Of a stretch of 43,460 nucleotides of DNA, positions 8,581 through 17,588 are shown piece by piece. This stretch comes from Fibrobacteria bacterium (GTDB taxonomy: Bacteria > Fibrobacterota > Fibrobacteria > UBA11236). The stretch lies in NCBI GenBank assembly GCA_043745805.1, contig JAYTSD010000033.1, forward strand, positions 1 to 43,460, given 5' to 3'. The notes under the pieces are model-generated. The model saw only the letters and a list, made by a program, of their open reading frames with translations. It searched no databases and was not told where the DNA came from. Within the stretch, counting starts at the first letter, position 1, and every line of letters starts with the position of its first letter. A program made the translations under genes and the position numbers.

Positions 8581-9162
8581 ATGAATTTAAATCCATTCTC
8601 CCAAACCATAAAAAATATTTGCCAAGCCTATTATGCCAAGCACGCTCAAGAAAAAAATCGCGGACAAGATTTTTTAGATTTCTTAAATGAGGAGCAAGAG
8701 TTTTTTTCGAGAAATAATTTTAAAGGCCATATTACCGTTAGTAGTTTTGTTTTAGATGTTTCGCAGCAATCTGTTTTATTGATTTATCATAAACAATTAC
8801 AACGCTATTTGCAGCCTGGTGGACATTTTGAAAGGGATGCGGCTTTATCGCAAGGCGCTTTACGCGAAGTTTTCGAGGAGGTCGGAATTGTCTCAGAGCA
8901 ATTAGTTAACTTAGACGATACCCTTATTCCATTTGATATTGATCTACATCGCATACCCTTTAATGCTAAAAAAATGGAGCCTGAGCATTTTCATTTTGAT
9001 TGCCGTTATATTTTTGCCTTAAAAAGTGACGTGAAGGTTACTCTCGCTGAAAATGAAGTGGAAGGCTATAAATGGGTCAGTTTAGATGATGCGCAATTAC
9101 CCGATTATTTGGGCATTTTGGTGGTCAAAAAGTTGCGTACTTTTTGGCAGGAAAAAAGTTGA
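8581..9162 (+). CDS. NUDIX hydrolase
   Basis: Nudix box GGHFERDAALSQGALREVFEEVG, plus GHITVSSFV and DIDLHRIP...EPEHFHFD. Confidence 0.9.
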   Translation: MNLNPFSQTIKNICQAYYAKHAQEKNRGQDFLDFLNEEQEFFSRNNFKGHITVSSFVLDVSQQSVLLIYHKQLQRYLQPGGHFERDAALSQGALREVFEEVGIVSEQLVNLDDTLIPFDIDLHRIPFNAKKMEPEHFHFDCRYIFALKSDVKVTLAENEVEGYKWVSLDDAQLPDYLGILVVKKLRTFWQEKS

Positions 9163-9182
9163 TTTGACCTTATCTTAATAGC

Positions 9183-9704
9183 ATGGTACAAAAAATATTT
9201 TTTTGCTCAGTATTATTATTTCAGTTTGTTTTATCCGCCTGTGATCAAAATCATGCGGCGAATACGGTTACCAATATTGATACAACGTCTGGGAAATCCA
9301 TTGTATATGCAATAGAACGCCAAGCTTGTGTTGACAAAATAAATGTCTTTCGCGCCACTGAAAATTTGCCGGCATTGATTAAATGGGATAGTTTGGAAAT
9401 TTGTATTGATACCGAAGCAAAAAAAGATTCGGAAACCGGAAAAGCTCACAGCGCCTTTGGATCTTGTAAGGAATGGGCGCAAGATGAATGTCCTGGTTGG
9501 GGATCCGTTAATCAAATCAATACGGGTTGTCTTCAGGCCATGTGGAATGAAGGAGCAGGGCCGGCTGGATGTGCGAATGATCCCACTTGTTATCAAGCGC
9601 ATGGACATTATTTAAATATGTCGAATAAAAGTTATACCAAGGTGGCTTGTGGATTTTATGAAACACCTGCAGGCAAGGTATGGGGAATTCAGAATTTTCG
9701 TTAA
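9183..9704 (+). CDS. CAP (SCP-like) domain lipoprotein
   Basis: Lipobox LSAC; IN.FRA..NLPAL, AH, MWNEG, GHYLNM and VACGF are typical of CAP domains; Cys-rich. Confidence 0.8.
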   Translation: MVQKIFFCSVLLFQFVLSACDQNHAANTVTNIDTTSGKSIVYAIERQACVDKINVFRATENLPALIKWDSLEICIDTEAKKDSETGKAHSAFGSCKEWAQDECPGWGSVNQINTGCLQAMWNEGAGPAGCANDPTCYQAHGHYLNMSNKSYTKVACGFYETPAGKVWGIQNFR

Positions 9705-9719
9705 AGTTTTCGCTGAACT

Positions 9720-10499
9720 TTAATCCGCTTCAGCCAGTAACTTGCGACGTCCGGTAATAAATTGTTGTACATAAGGGTTGGACGTATTATGCGTCTCTTC
9801 GGGATTACCGGTAAAAATAATTTTCCCATCGAATAACATTGATAAGCGATTTGCAACTTTATACGCAGATACCATATCATGCGTCACAACGATACTCGTT
9901 ACGCCTAATTTTTTTTGCATGTCTAAAATTAAATCGTTGATTACATCTGAAGTAATAGGGTCAAGGCCAGTCGTGGGTTCATCATAGAGAATAATTTCTG
10001 GCTTAAGGGCAATCACGCGCGCTAACCCTAAACGCTTTTTCATACCGCCGGATAATTCACTAGGCATTTTAAAGCGAATATCGGGTGAGAGATTTATCAT
10101 ATGTAAAGTCTCGGCCATGGTATCATCGAGATCATTTTCAGTAAGTTTTTTATTGTGTTCACGCAAAGCAAATTTAATATTTTCGCCCACATTCATGGAA
10201 TCAAATAAGGCTGCGCCTTGGAAAAGCATGCCCATGCGCTGACGAATAGTTTTTACATCGATTTGTTGGGGGCTACTGATCACTTTATTATCCACAATAA
10301 CTTCACCGGCATCGGGCTGCAAGAGACCAATGCAATGTTTGAGAATAACGCTTTTACCGCCACCGGACGTGCCTATAACCACCATGGTTTCTCCACGATG
10401 TATTTGTAAATCCACACCGCGTAGCACATTTTGCCCGCCAAAGGATTTATGTAGGCCTTTTAATTCGATAAGGGTTTGCTGGGCATTCTCTGCGGTCAT
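9720..10499 (-). CDS. mlaF: MlaF/Ttg2A-type ABC ATPase
   Basis: Walker A GTSGGGKS, FQGAALFDSM, LSGGMKKR, LYDEPTTGLDP, VTHD; adjacent to an MlaE permease. Confidence 0.85.
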   Translation of the reverse strand: MTAENAQQTLIELKGLHKSFGGQNVLRGVDLQIHRGETMVVIGTSGGGKSVILKHCIGLLQPDAGEVIVDNKVISSPQQIDVKTIRQRMGMLFQGAALFDSMNVGENIKFALREHNKKLTENDLDDTMAETLHMINLSPDIRFKMPSELSGGMKKRLGLARVIALKPEIILYDEPTTGLDPITSDVINDLILDMQKKLGVTSIVVTHDMVSAYKVANRLSMLFDGKIIFTGNPEETHNTSNPYVQQFITGRRKLLAEAD

Positions 10500-10544
10500 T
10501 TATGTGTTACCTATCCCTTAACTTTTAATAGTTTCTCAAAAATA

Positions 10545-11405
10545 TTAATATGCAATATAGACTATAAAAAAATCAATAATCAAAATAAATACACAAGAAT
10601 AAACCACCGACTTCATAGTAGCTTGTCCCACGCCTTTGGCGCCTGCGGCCGCTTCCAGCCCCTGGAAATAACCCATAATGCTTACGATAATTCCAAAGAA
10701 TAAAGCCTTGGTAAGACTAATCCATATATCATATGGGGAGAATAAAAAACGCAAACCAAATATATAAGTAGAAGTAGTAATATTAAGTGTGAGGAGAGAA
10801 ATTAACCAACCTCCCACAATAGCTAAGAAATCAGAAATCATGACTAGTGCAGGAAAAACTATAATCGCACTGAGAAAGCGGGGCATGGCAAGGTAACGGA
10901 GCGGATCGAGATTAAGCACTAGCATGGCATCGAGTTCTTCTTTTTCTTTCATGGTACCAATTTCAGCCGCAATGGCTGAACCAATACGCCCTGCAAGCAC
11001 TAGGGCTGTTAGTACCGGGCCGGTTTCAATAATTACTGATTTGCATACGGCGGTTCCTAAGTAGGTAGCTGGAACAAAACCACGAAATTGATAATTGGCA
11101 GAAATGGCTGTTACGGCACCGACAAAAAAAGAAATCACAATAATCAAGGGCAAAGAGGATACGCCGATACGTATGATTTGTTGAAAAGTGATGGACGGAT
11201 TATGAAAAAACCAAGGTAGTCTTTTGATGATTTTTGCAAAGAGTTTTGTGATTTGCCCAAGTTTTTCCAGTTTCTCGGTAACTCCTGCAGCAGCTGCCTT
11301 TATGCCATTGCGAACTAAAAGTCCGATGGAATCGAATAAATCATGCCAGAAAGAGGCTTCAGCGACGGACGCATTCGTTGGGTTTTCTCTTTCCGCTAAG
11401 CTCAA
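10545..11405 (-). CDS. mlaE: MlaE-family ABC permease
   Basis: ETGPVLTALVLAGRIGSAIAAEIGTMK..EELDAM and GAKGVGQAT..SVV. The TTG start overlaps the dnaB stop. Confidence 0.9.
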   Translation of the reverse strand: MSLAERENPTNASVAEASFWHDLFDSIGLLVRNGIKAAAAGVTEKLEKLGQITKLFAKIIKRLPWFFHNPSITFQQIIRIGVSSLPLIIVISFFVGAVTAISANYQFRGFVPATYLGTAVCKSVIIETGPVLTALVLAGRIGSAIAAEIGTMKEKEELDAMLVLNLDPLRYLAMPRFLSAIIVFPALVMISDFLAIVGGWLISLLTLNITTSTYIFGLRFLFSPYDIWISLTKALFFGIIVSIMGYFQGLEAAAGAKGVGQATMKSVVYSCVFILIIDFFIVYIAY

Positions 11406-12787
11406 AACGTTTCCACCTCAACTCGCCCAGAATAATTTTCAAAGGAAGCATAGTCCGCCACAAAAGTTAAGGGCACATCCCCAATAGGTCCATTTCTTTG
11501 TTTGGCTAAAATAATTTTTGCTTTTCCTTTTTCTGCTTCTTTATTATAAACTTCGTCGCGATAAATAAACATCACCAAATCGGCATCTTGTTCAATAGCG
11601 CCGGATTCACGTAAATCGGAAAGTTTTGGTTCGCCTTCGCCTCCGCGAGTTTCTACGGCACGACTTAATTGGGAAAGAGCAATAACCGGGACTTCTAATT
11701 CCTTTGCTAATCCTTTTAAACCACGAGAAATTTGCGAAATTTCTTGTTGGCGGTTTTCCACCTTGCCTGCGCCCGACATCAGTTGAAGATAATCCACCAT
11801 AATCATATCGAGGCCGTGTTGGATTTTTAAGCGTCGACATTTTGCACGCAATTCTAGAATATTCAAGGCCGGATGATCATCGATGAAAACCTTAGTTTCA
11901 CCAATGCTACCTGCGGCTTGCGCTAATTTAGGAAAGTCATGCCTGGGTAACTTGCCGGTGCGCAATAGATGCATATTGATTTTGGCTTCGCGACATAAAA
12001 CTCTTTGTACCAATTGTTCGCGACCCATTTCCAAGGAAAAGAAGGCAACGGTTTTATTATAGCGGATCGCTGCATTCGAGAGCATAGAAAGGGCCAAGGC
12101 AGTTTTACCCATAGAGGGGCGACCGGCTAAAATAATTAAATCGGTTTTTTGAAATCCAGAAGTCATTTGATCGAGATCCTTTAATCCCGAAGCCACACCC
12201 ATGATTTCACCTTTGGAATAGCTTTCAATCAATTTGAAAGTATCGGTGAGGATTTTTTTGATGGGCTGAAAGCCGGTTTTAATATTGCTTTCGCTAATAT
12301 TATAAATTTCACCTTCGGCACTATCCATGATTTCGCCTGGAGGTAAAGTTTCGTCATAAGCCTTTTCTAAAATGCCTGTGGCGGTGCTAATCAAGCGACG
12401 TAATAAACCTTTTTCTTTTACGATTTGACAATGTTGTTCTATATGGGCCGAGCTGACAATTTCCATGGAAATTTCCATGAGATAGTTTTCACCGCCGGCC
12501 AAGTCGAGTTTTTGTGCCTTTTGTAAAGCATCCTTAACGGTAATGACATCGATAGGAATATTTTTTTCGAAAAGTTCCATACCCGCTTCAAAAATGGCGC
12601 GATGTTTTTCCAAATAGAAATCATCGGCATTAATTAATTCTAAGGCCAAACCAATGGCTTCGGAATCGAGCAGTATAGCGCCAATAACCCGCTTTTCAAC
12701 ATCTACAGCTTGGGGCGGTAGACGGTAACCTACAGGTATCGCGTTTACAGGCTTTTCGCGTTCTCGTCCAGTTTTTTTCGCAGCCAT
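11402..12787 (-). CDS. dnaB: Replicative DNA helicase
   Basis: PPQ..E..VIGAIL, AGRPSMGKT, FSLEM, VDYLQLM, LSQLSR, LSDLRESGAIEQDAD, KQRNGP. The likely start is ATG 12787 (GGGAAG upstream). No intein. Confidence 0.97.
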   Translation of the reverse strand: MAAKKTGREREKPVNAIPVGYRLPPQAVDVEKRVIGAILLDSEAIGLALELINADDFYLEKHRAIFEAGMELFEKNIPIDVITVKDALQKAQKLDLAGGENYLMEISMEIVSSAHIEQHCQIVKEKGLLRRLISTATGILEKAYDETLPPGEIMDSAEGEIYNISESNIKTGFQPIKKILTDTFKLIESYSKGEIMGVASGLKDLDQMTSGFQKTDLIILAGRPSMGKTALALSMLSNAAIRYNKTVAFFSLEMGREQLVQRVLCREAKINMHLLRTGKLPRHDFPKLAQAAGSIGETKVFIDDHPALNILELRAKCRRLKIQHGLDMIMVDYLQLMSGAGKVENRQQEISQISRGLKGLAKELEVPVIALSQLSRAVETRGGEGEPKLSDLRESGAIEQDADLVMFIYRDEVYNKEAEKGKAKIILAKQRNGPIGDVPLTFVADYASFENYSGRVEVETF

Positions 12788-13578
12788 TTTAAATCTTCCC
12801 AAGCTTTTCTTTTTAATTCTTCTTTGGCGATTAAATCGGAGGGATGATATGTTGCCATATACTCCCGTCCGTCTACAATATGAATTTGCCCGCGCAAATC
12901 ATCTAGTGGTTTTCCACTTTTTAAAAATAATTGTGCACATTCTTCACCGAGTAAAAGTCCCATATTCGCTTTCGCTAAGCGCATTTCAGCTAAGAATAAA
13001 GGCATCGCTTTAAGCATTTCCAAGCGACTAATTTTACCCTTTTTAAAACGCTTTAAAATAAATACGGCATATAATAATTGCCGATCTAAATTAATGGCAC
13101 GTAACATTTTATCGAGTAAAAAACTTTCTTCACCTTGATAGGGGATGCCTGTTGCTATTTCCGAGGCATTCGGTTGCAAACTAATTAAAGCTACTGCGGC
13201 AAAAGACGGCCCAATACTTTTTATCCAATGGGCAGTAGGGTTTTTAATTTTTTCCTGTGTCTCGATAAACTGCCAGTAAACATTCAAATCCATAAAATCT
13301 GGAATAGGTTCTTGAATAGGTGCTACGGGGATGGGCGTGAGGGGTATTCTGTCTATAGGCGTATCGGCTTCAAGGCCATTGGTTTTATTTTCCACAACGC
13401 TTGTAGCAAGTAACTCATAAGTTAAGGGTAACGTACTTTCCATTTCCGAGGAATAGGCAAGTTTAGTAGGTGATAATGGTTTTGCGACAGTATTTGGTTT
13501 AATCCAAGGCTTATCGAGTATGACCTCATCTAAGCCCATATCGGTTTGGTAAAGCAGATAATCTCTTAAGGTTGACAT
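12745..13578 (-). CDS. Uracil-DNA glycosylase family 4-like protein, degenerate
   Basis: LLDKMLRAINL, LLLG..A, LRG and ATYHPS.L....KRKAWEDL match the UDG-F4 pattern and the position after coaBC fits. The GEAPG motif and Fe-S cysteines are absent. Confidence 0.8.
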   Translation of the reverse strand: MSTLRDYLLYQTDMGLDEVILDKPWIKPNTVAKPLSPTKLAYSSEMESTLPLTYELLATSVVENKTNGLEADTPIDRIPLTPIPVAPIQEPIPDFMDLNVYWQFIETQEKIKNPTAHWIKSIGPSFAAVALISLQPNASEIATGIPYQGEESFLLDKMLRAINLDRQLLYAVFILKRFKKGKISRLEMLKAMPLFLAEMRLAKANMGLLLGEECAQLFLKSGKPLDDLRGQIHIVDGREYMATYHPSDLIAKEELKRKAWEDLKWLRKKLDENAKSL

Positions 13579-14789
13579 GCGTTTATTTCTGCTAATAATT
13601 GATCGGCAAGGGCAAATTTACTGAGGGGCATCAAAGTGGGTAACGATTTTTGTTGGCGATTTAAAATAGTGGCTTTCACCGTGTCTTCACCAAAACCAGA
13701 GCCTTGATCGATAGGCGTATTGAGCACTAATAAATCGCAGTTTTTTTCAGTTAACTTTCTTTGCGCATCGCCTAAACTACTTTCCGTTTCCAAAGCAAAG
13801 CCCACTAAAATTTGTGACGCTGATTTATTTTGTCCGAGTTCCGATAATATATTTACGCTCGGCTTTAAGGCTAATTGCTGCAGAGCTTGGCTGCCTTTAA
13901 TTTTCCCCGCAATAGGTGCTTCGGGAACAAAATCGGCTATAGCGGCGGCCATAATTATAATATCCGCTTGTTTTGCTGCTGCCAATAAAGTTTGATGAAA
14001 TTGATGTGAGGACTTTACCCGCTGCGTAAATACGCCTGCGGGAATATTTTCTTCCATGATACCCGCCACTAATTCCACTTGTGCGCCGCAAAGCACTAAA
14101 GCACGGGCAATTGCTAATGCGGTTTTCCCGCTGCTACGATTGGAAATAAAACGCACATCATCAATTTTTTCCTGAGTATGTCCCGCGCTAAGTAAAACTT
14201 TTTTGCCTTTTAGGTTGGGGTAACTTGTACGTAAGGCCAAATGGCTTTTTATGAAGAGAATAATTTGTTCTACTGTTAATAATTTTCCATCGCCGTTTTC
14301 TCCACACGCTAACAAGCCTGCACCCGTAGGTAAAATGATATCGCCCTTACTTTGCAGTAAGGCTATGTTACGTTGTAGCGCGGCAGACTGTAGCATAATG
14401 GTGTTCATGGCAGGCGCAACATACACGTTACCAGCATAGGCCATGTAAGTAAGGGAAAGTAAGGAGCCAGTAAGTCCCTGCGCTAGCTCTCCAAGCGTAT
14501 GCGCGGTGCAAGGAGCAATGATAAAAATATCAGCCCAACGCGCTAAAGCGATATGGTCCATGGGGCCATGGGCTTTATCATCACCACTATCGGTCCACAC
14601 ATTGATATAAACGGGATGATTGGTTAATGCGGCGAAAGTTTGCGGTTGAATTAGTTTTGCGGCACTGGAAGTAAGCAGAGCGCGTACTTCCGCACCCTGA
14701 TCTTTAAGCCTTTGAATCAAATCGCAAGCTTTATAAGCTGAGATACTGCCCGTAATCCCGAGCAATATTTTCTTGTCTTTTAACGCCAT
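13566..14789 (-). CDS. coaBC: Bifunctional phosphopantothenoylcysteine decarboxylase/ligase
   Basis: GITGSISAYK, HIALARWAD, APAMN, LACGENGDG, DVRFISNRSSGK, AAAIADF, VGFALE. Confidence 0.97.
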   Translation of the reverse strand: MALKDKKILLGITGSISAYKACDLIQRLKDQGAEVRALLTSSAAKLIQPQTFAALTNHPVYINVWTDSGDDKAHGPMDHIALARWADIFIIAPCTAHTLGELAQGLTGSLLSLTYMAYAGNVYVAPAMNTIMLQSAALQRNIALLQSKGDIILPTGAGLLACGENGDGKLLTVEQIILFIKSHLALRTSYPNLKGKKVLLSAGHTQEKIDDVRFISNRSSGKTALAIARALVLCGAQVELVAGIMEENIPAGVFTQRVKSSHQFHQTLLAAAKQADIIIMAAAIADFVPEAPIAGKIKGSQALQQLALKPSVNILSELGQNKSASQILVGFALETESSLGDAQRKLTEKNCDLLVLNTPIDQGSGFGEDTVKATILNRQQKSLPTLMPLSKFALADQLLAEINACQP

Positions 14790-14814
14790 AATGCAAAAAG
14801 ACTGGGGTTAAGGA

Positions 14815-15036
14815 TTAGGAGTTTTCGTCTTCTTTCACTTCAGGAAGCATCTCTAAACGACGATCCTTGAACTTATGAATCGCAATAGTCGCAGGCTTTT
14901 CAGTCAATTTAATAAAGCCTAAATTGGCTTGTTCATTGATGAAACGTGCTTCTTGTGAGCACATCATGACTGCGAAGAAAGGGGAACTGCCTCGGTTGTA
15001 GCAATCCTCAATCGATAAATGTTGGTTCTTCGACAT
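14815..15036 (-). CDS. rpoZ: RNA polymerase omega subunit-like protein (73 aa)
   Basis: ATG 15036 with SD AGGAGT. The pattern SPFFAVMMCSQEARFIN...EKPATIAI resembles omega, and the gene sits directly upstream of coaBC, the usual rpoZ position. Confidence 0.75.
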   Translation of the reverse strand: MSKNQHLSIEDCYNRGSSPFFAVMMCSQEARFINEQANLGFIKLTEKPATIAIHKFKDRRLEMLPEVKEDENS

Positions 15037-15053
15037 AAACACTCCTATAAAGG

Positions 15054-15143
15054 TGGCAGAGAGTGGGGGATTCGAACCCCCGTTGCCTGTTAGGGCAAAC
15101 ATGCTTTCCAAGCATGTACCTTAAACCGCTCGGACAACTCTCT
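15054..15143 (-). tRNA. tRNA-Ser(GGA)
   Basis: Acceptor AGAGAGT/ACTCTCT plus G-CCA, anticodon arm CATGC-TTGGAAA-GCATG, long variable arm, T-loop GGTTCGAATCC; 90 nt. Confidence 0.97.
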
Positions 15144-15155
15144 GTGAAAGCGCTA

Positions 15156-15183
15156 AGTATAGGTAATTTTGACTCTAAGTTAA
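15156..15183 (-). promoter_or_regulatory. Putative promoter of the tRNA-Ser operon
   Basis: Minus-strand TATACT at 15161-15156, 12 nt before the tRNA 5' end, with a weak -35 (TTAACT, 16-nt spacer). Confidence 0.45.
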
Positions 15184-15297
15184 ATAGTAAAGCGGAGTTA
15201 GGATGAAAAAACCGGCTTTTTTCTCCTAAGTTTACAGAATATACTTGCTACCTTTGCCCTCAAACATCTCCAATCAGCTTCGAGCGAGGTTAGTACT

Positions 15298-17553
15298 GTG
15301 AAAATCAAAACCTTTTTTTCTCGTGGCTTGCTGTTTCTTTCCGCGGTAAGTTTTTTTTGCGCTTGCCAAAGTTCGCGGTCGAATGACCTTCCAGAGCTTC
15401 AGAAATACATGTTACTTATCAATTCCCAGGGAAAATTGACCACTGCGTCCTCGCAAAAAACCAATTTGTTCACGAAGGCCATAGAGAAATATCATCCCTT
15501 AGATTCGATGGAAACGCAGCAATATTTTTCAAATATATTTCTCAATATCGATTCCTTACGAAAGGATACTCTCGCTAGGGCGATTCCGGTTCGGAAAATT
15601 TTGTTTTATGTACATGGAGGGATGAATACTCGTCTAGGCACTATTGAAAAGGTACGCAAGGATAAAGACGAATTATTGGCGGCAGGGTATTACCCTATTT
15701 TTGTGAACTGGCATTCTTCACTTTTATCCTGTTATATCGATCATTTGCTTTTTATTCGCGAAGGTGTAGATATTCGCCAGCCTTTTCACGATTCAAGTTT
15801 TATCACTGCATCGAAAAAAAATATTCAGATGGTGATTATGGAGCTTATGGCTCCGCTATTTTTTGATGCCGACATTGTGCGCGGCATTTCGAGTGCGCCA
15901 GGTATTTGGATTTCACGAGTGGGAGAAGTATTAGGGGATAGTCGTAACTTTGATGCGCCGAACAAGCAAGATGCAAAGGATACACCTTTTCACAAAAATA
16001 CATTTGGTAAGGCTACGATTTGGAATGGCATTGACCAGCAAGATTTTGGACATTTAACTCAACATAATTTGATGTGGTTAGAATGGTCAGGTTTAAAAAT
16101 ATTTTCCACGCCTTTTCTCGATGCCTTTGGTCGTAGCGCTTGGGATGTAATGTTACGCCGCTCACGTTTACTTTTCTCGCAAGATACGGCTTTGGATATT
16201 GCGCAGGCAACAACCATCCCGATTTTAGAACCTTCGACTTTTCGGGGTGGCTTACGACAATTTACCGATGCTTGGCAAAAAGATACCGTAACTAATAAGC
16301 TACCTCTGCGGGTATTGGGCCATAGTATGGGATCTATAGTACTGAATGAATGGTTGCGCACCTATCCCGAAATTCGCGTCGATCAAATTGATTATATGGC
16401 GGCAGCCTGTACCGTTCGCGATTTTGAACAAAGTGTTTACCCTTATGCGCGACATTATCATGATACAATCCCCATTACCTTGCATACCTTGCATGAAACG
16501 GCTGAGAAAATGGAGACGCCTGTGGAACATATGGGTATGAGTCCTACGATTAATGGATCATTATTGGTATGGATAGATGGCTTTTTTGGAAATCCACTTA
16601 CCGGTAAAGATCGTACTTTGGGACGTTTTTCAAATTTACCTTATATCTCGCGTTGTTCGCCGGAATTACAATCCCATCTCACTATAAAAAAATATCCATA
16701 CGGAAATACCTCCAAGCAAGAGTCCTTCCCCCAAGCTCATGGCGAATTTTCTTTTGCACAAATTTTAGATACCACTTTAGTTTTGGATTCCACGCTTTAT
16801 ATTCCCCGCAAGAAAACCTTTCCTGGAGTATATGCAAATTTGGCTAAAAATACTGGCCCTGCAGTATTGATTCTCTTCACAGAGTTTTTCTTATTGGCAT
16901 TACTTTTATTATTAGTGATTACCACCGTAGAGCAAAAATTTTTAAAAAGAAGTTTGCTCACGAATGCATATAAATTTGGTGAATGGATGCCTTCATTTCC
17001 GCACATTCTATTCGACATTTTGCTTATGCCAGCTCTACTTATGTTGCCTATGTTGGCCTTTGGATTGGCAAATGTACGACTGCTTAGTGCTTCGCCTTGG
17101 TGCTTTTTTGGGGTTCTATTAGGCTCTTTGTTTGCGCAGGGGATTTTCATTTGGTTTGCGTGCCACATGAAAGGTTTTAAACTATCCACTTCCTTGAATA
17201 AAGGGCTTATACATCGACATTACCAAAGCCTATTTTATTCCACTAAATTTTTGTTTAAAATATTCGCCTTTCCTCCTTATGCATTATGGAAAAAAATCTT
17301 GAGTGGGTTGGGATGGAAGAATTCGCGCAGAGTATTTTGGGGAACATTGATTTTAACCTTTGCGTCTACAGTATTGCTATTTGCTTGGATTCTGGAGCAA
17401 TATGATTCATTGGCTTTAATTACTATAACTGCTAGCTTGGGAGTTATAGGCCATTTAATAATGATCCTTTTTCCATTATTAGCTTGGATGTTATTTTTTT
17501 ATTTCGTGGCTTTAGTAGGGGGCGCAAAACTTATGCGTAGAATTTTACAGTAG
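15298..17553 (+). CDS. Lipoprotein alpha/beta-hydrolase with C-terminal multi-pass membrane region
   Basis: GTG start with GAGG SD, lipobox-like FFCAC, LFYVHGG (oxyanion), VLGHSMGS (nucleophile elbow), YMAAA and a candidate His in AHGEF. The last ~230 aa hold about 5-6 hydrophobic segments. Confidence 0.8.
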   Translation: MKIKTFFSRGLLFLSAVSFFCACQSSRSNDLPELQKYMLLINSQGKLTTASSQKTNLFTKAIEKYHPLDSMETQQYFSNIFLNIDSLRKDTLARAIPVRKILFYVHGGMNTRLGTIEKVRKDKDELLAAGYYPIFVNWHSSLLSCYIDHLLFIREGVDIRQPFHDSSFITASKKNIQMVIMELMAPLFFDADIVRGISSAPGIWISRVGEVLGDSRNFDAPNKQDAKDTPFHKNTFGKATIWNGIDQQDFGHLTQHNLMWLEWSGLKIFSTPFLDAFGRSAWDVMLRRSRLLFSQDTALDIAQATTIPILEPSTFRGGLRQFTDAWQKDTVTNKLPLRVLGHSMGSIVLNEWLRTYPEIRVDQIDYMAAACTVRDFEQSVYPYARHYHDTIPITLHTLHETAEKMETPVEHMGMSPTINGSLLVWIDGFFGNPLTGKDRTLGRFSNLPYISRCSPELQSHLTIKKYPYGNTSKQESFPQAHGEFSFAQILDTTLVLDSTLYIPRKKTFPGVYANLAKNTGPAVLILFTEFFLLALLLLLVITTVEQKFLKRSLLTNAYKFGEWMPSFPHILFDILLMPALLMLPMLAFGLANVRLLSASPWCFFGVLLGSLFAQGIFIWFACHMKGFKLSTSLNKGLIHRHYQSLFYSTKFLFKIFAFPPYALWKKILSGLGWKNSRRVFWGTLILTFASTVLLFAWILEQYDSLALITITASLGVIGHLIMILFPLLAWMLFFYFVALVGGAKLMRRILQ

Positions 17554-17588
17554 TATTTTCTTATATAGAATTGGCAGTATTAGTAGAA

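Noticed and set aside
11402-12787. Intein in DnaB
   Set aside because: Normal length and contiguous motifs.
15037-15111. N-terminal 25 aa of the track ORF 14815..15111
   Set aside because: It is read through the tRNA-Ser gene; the likely start is ATG 15036 with an AGGAG SD.
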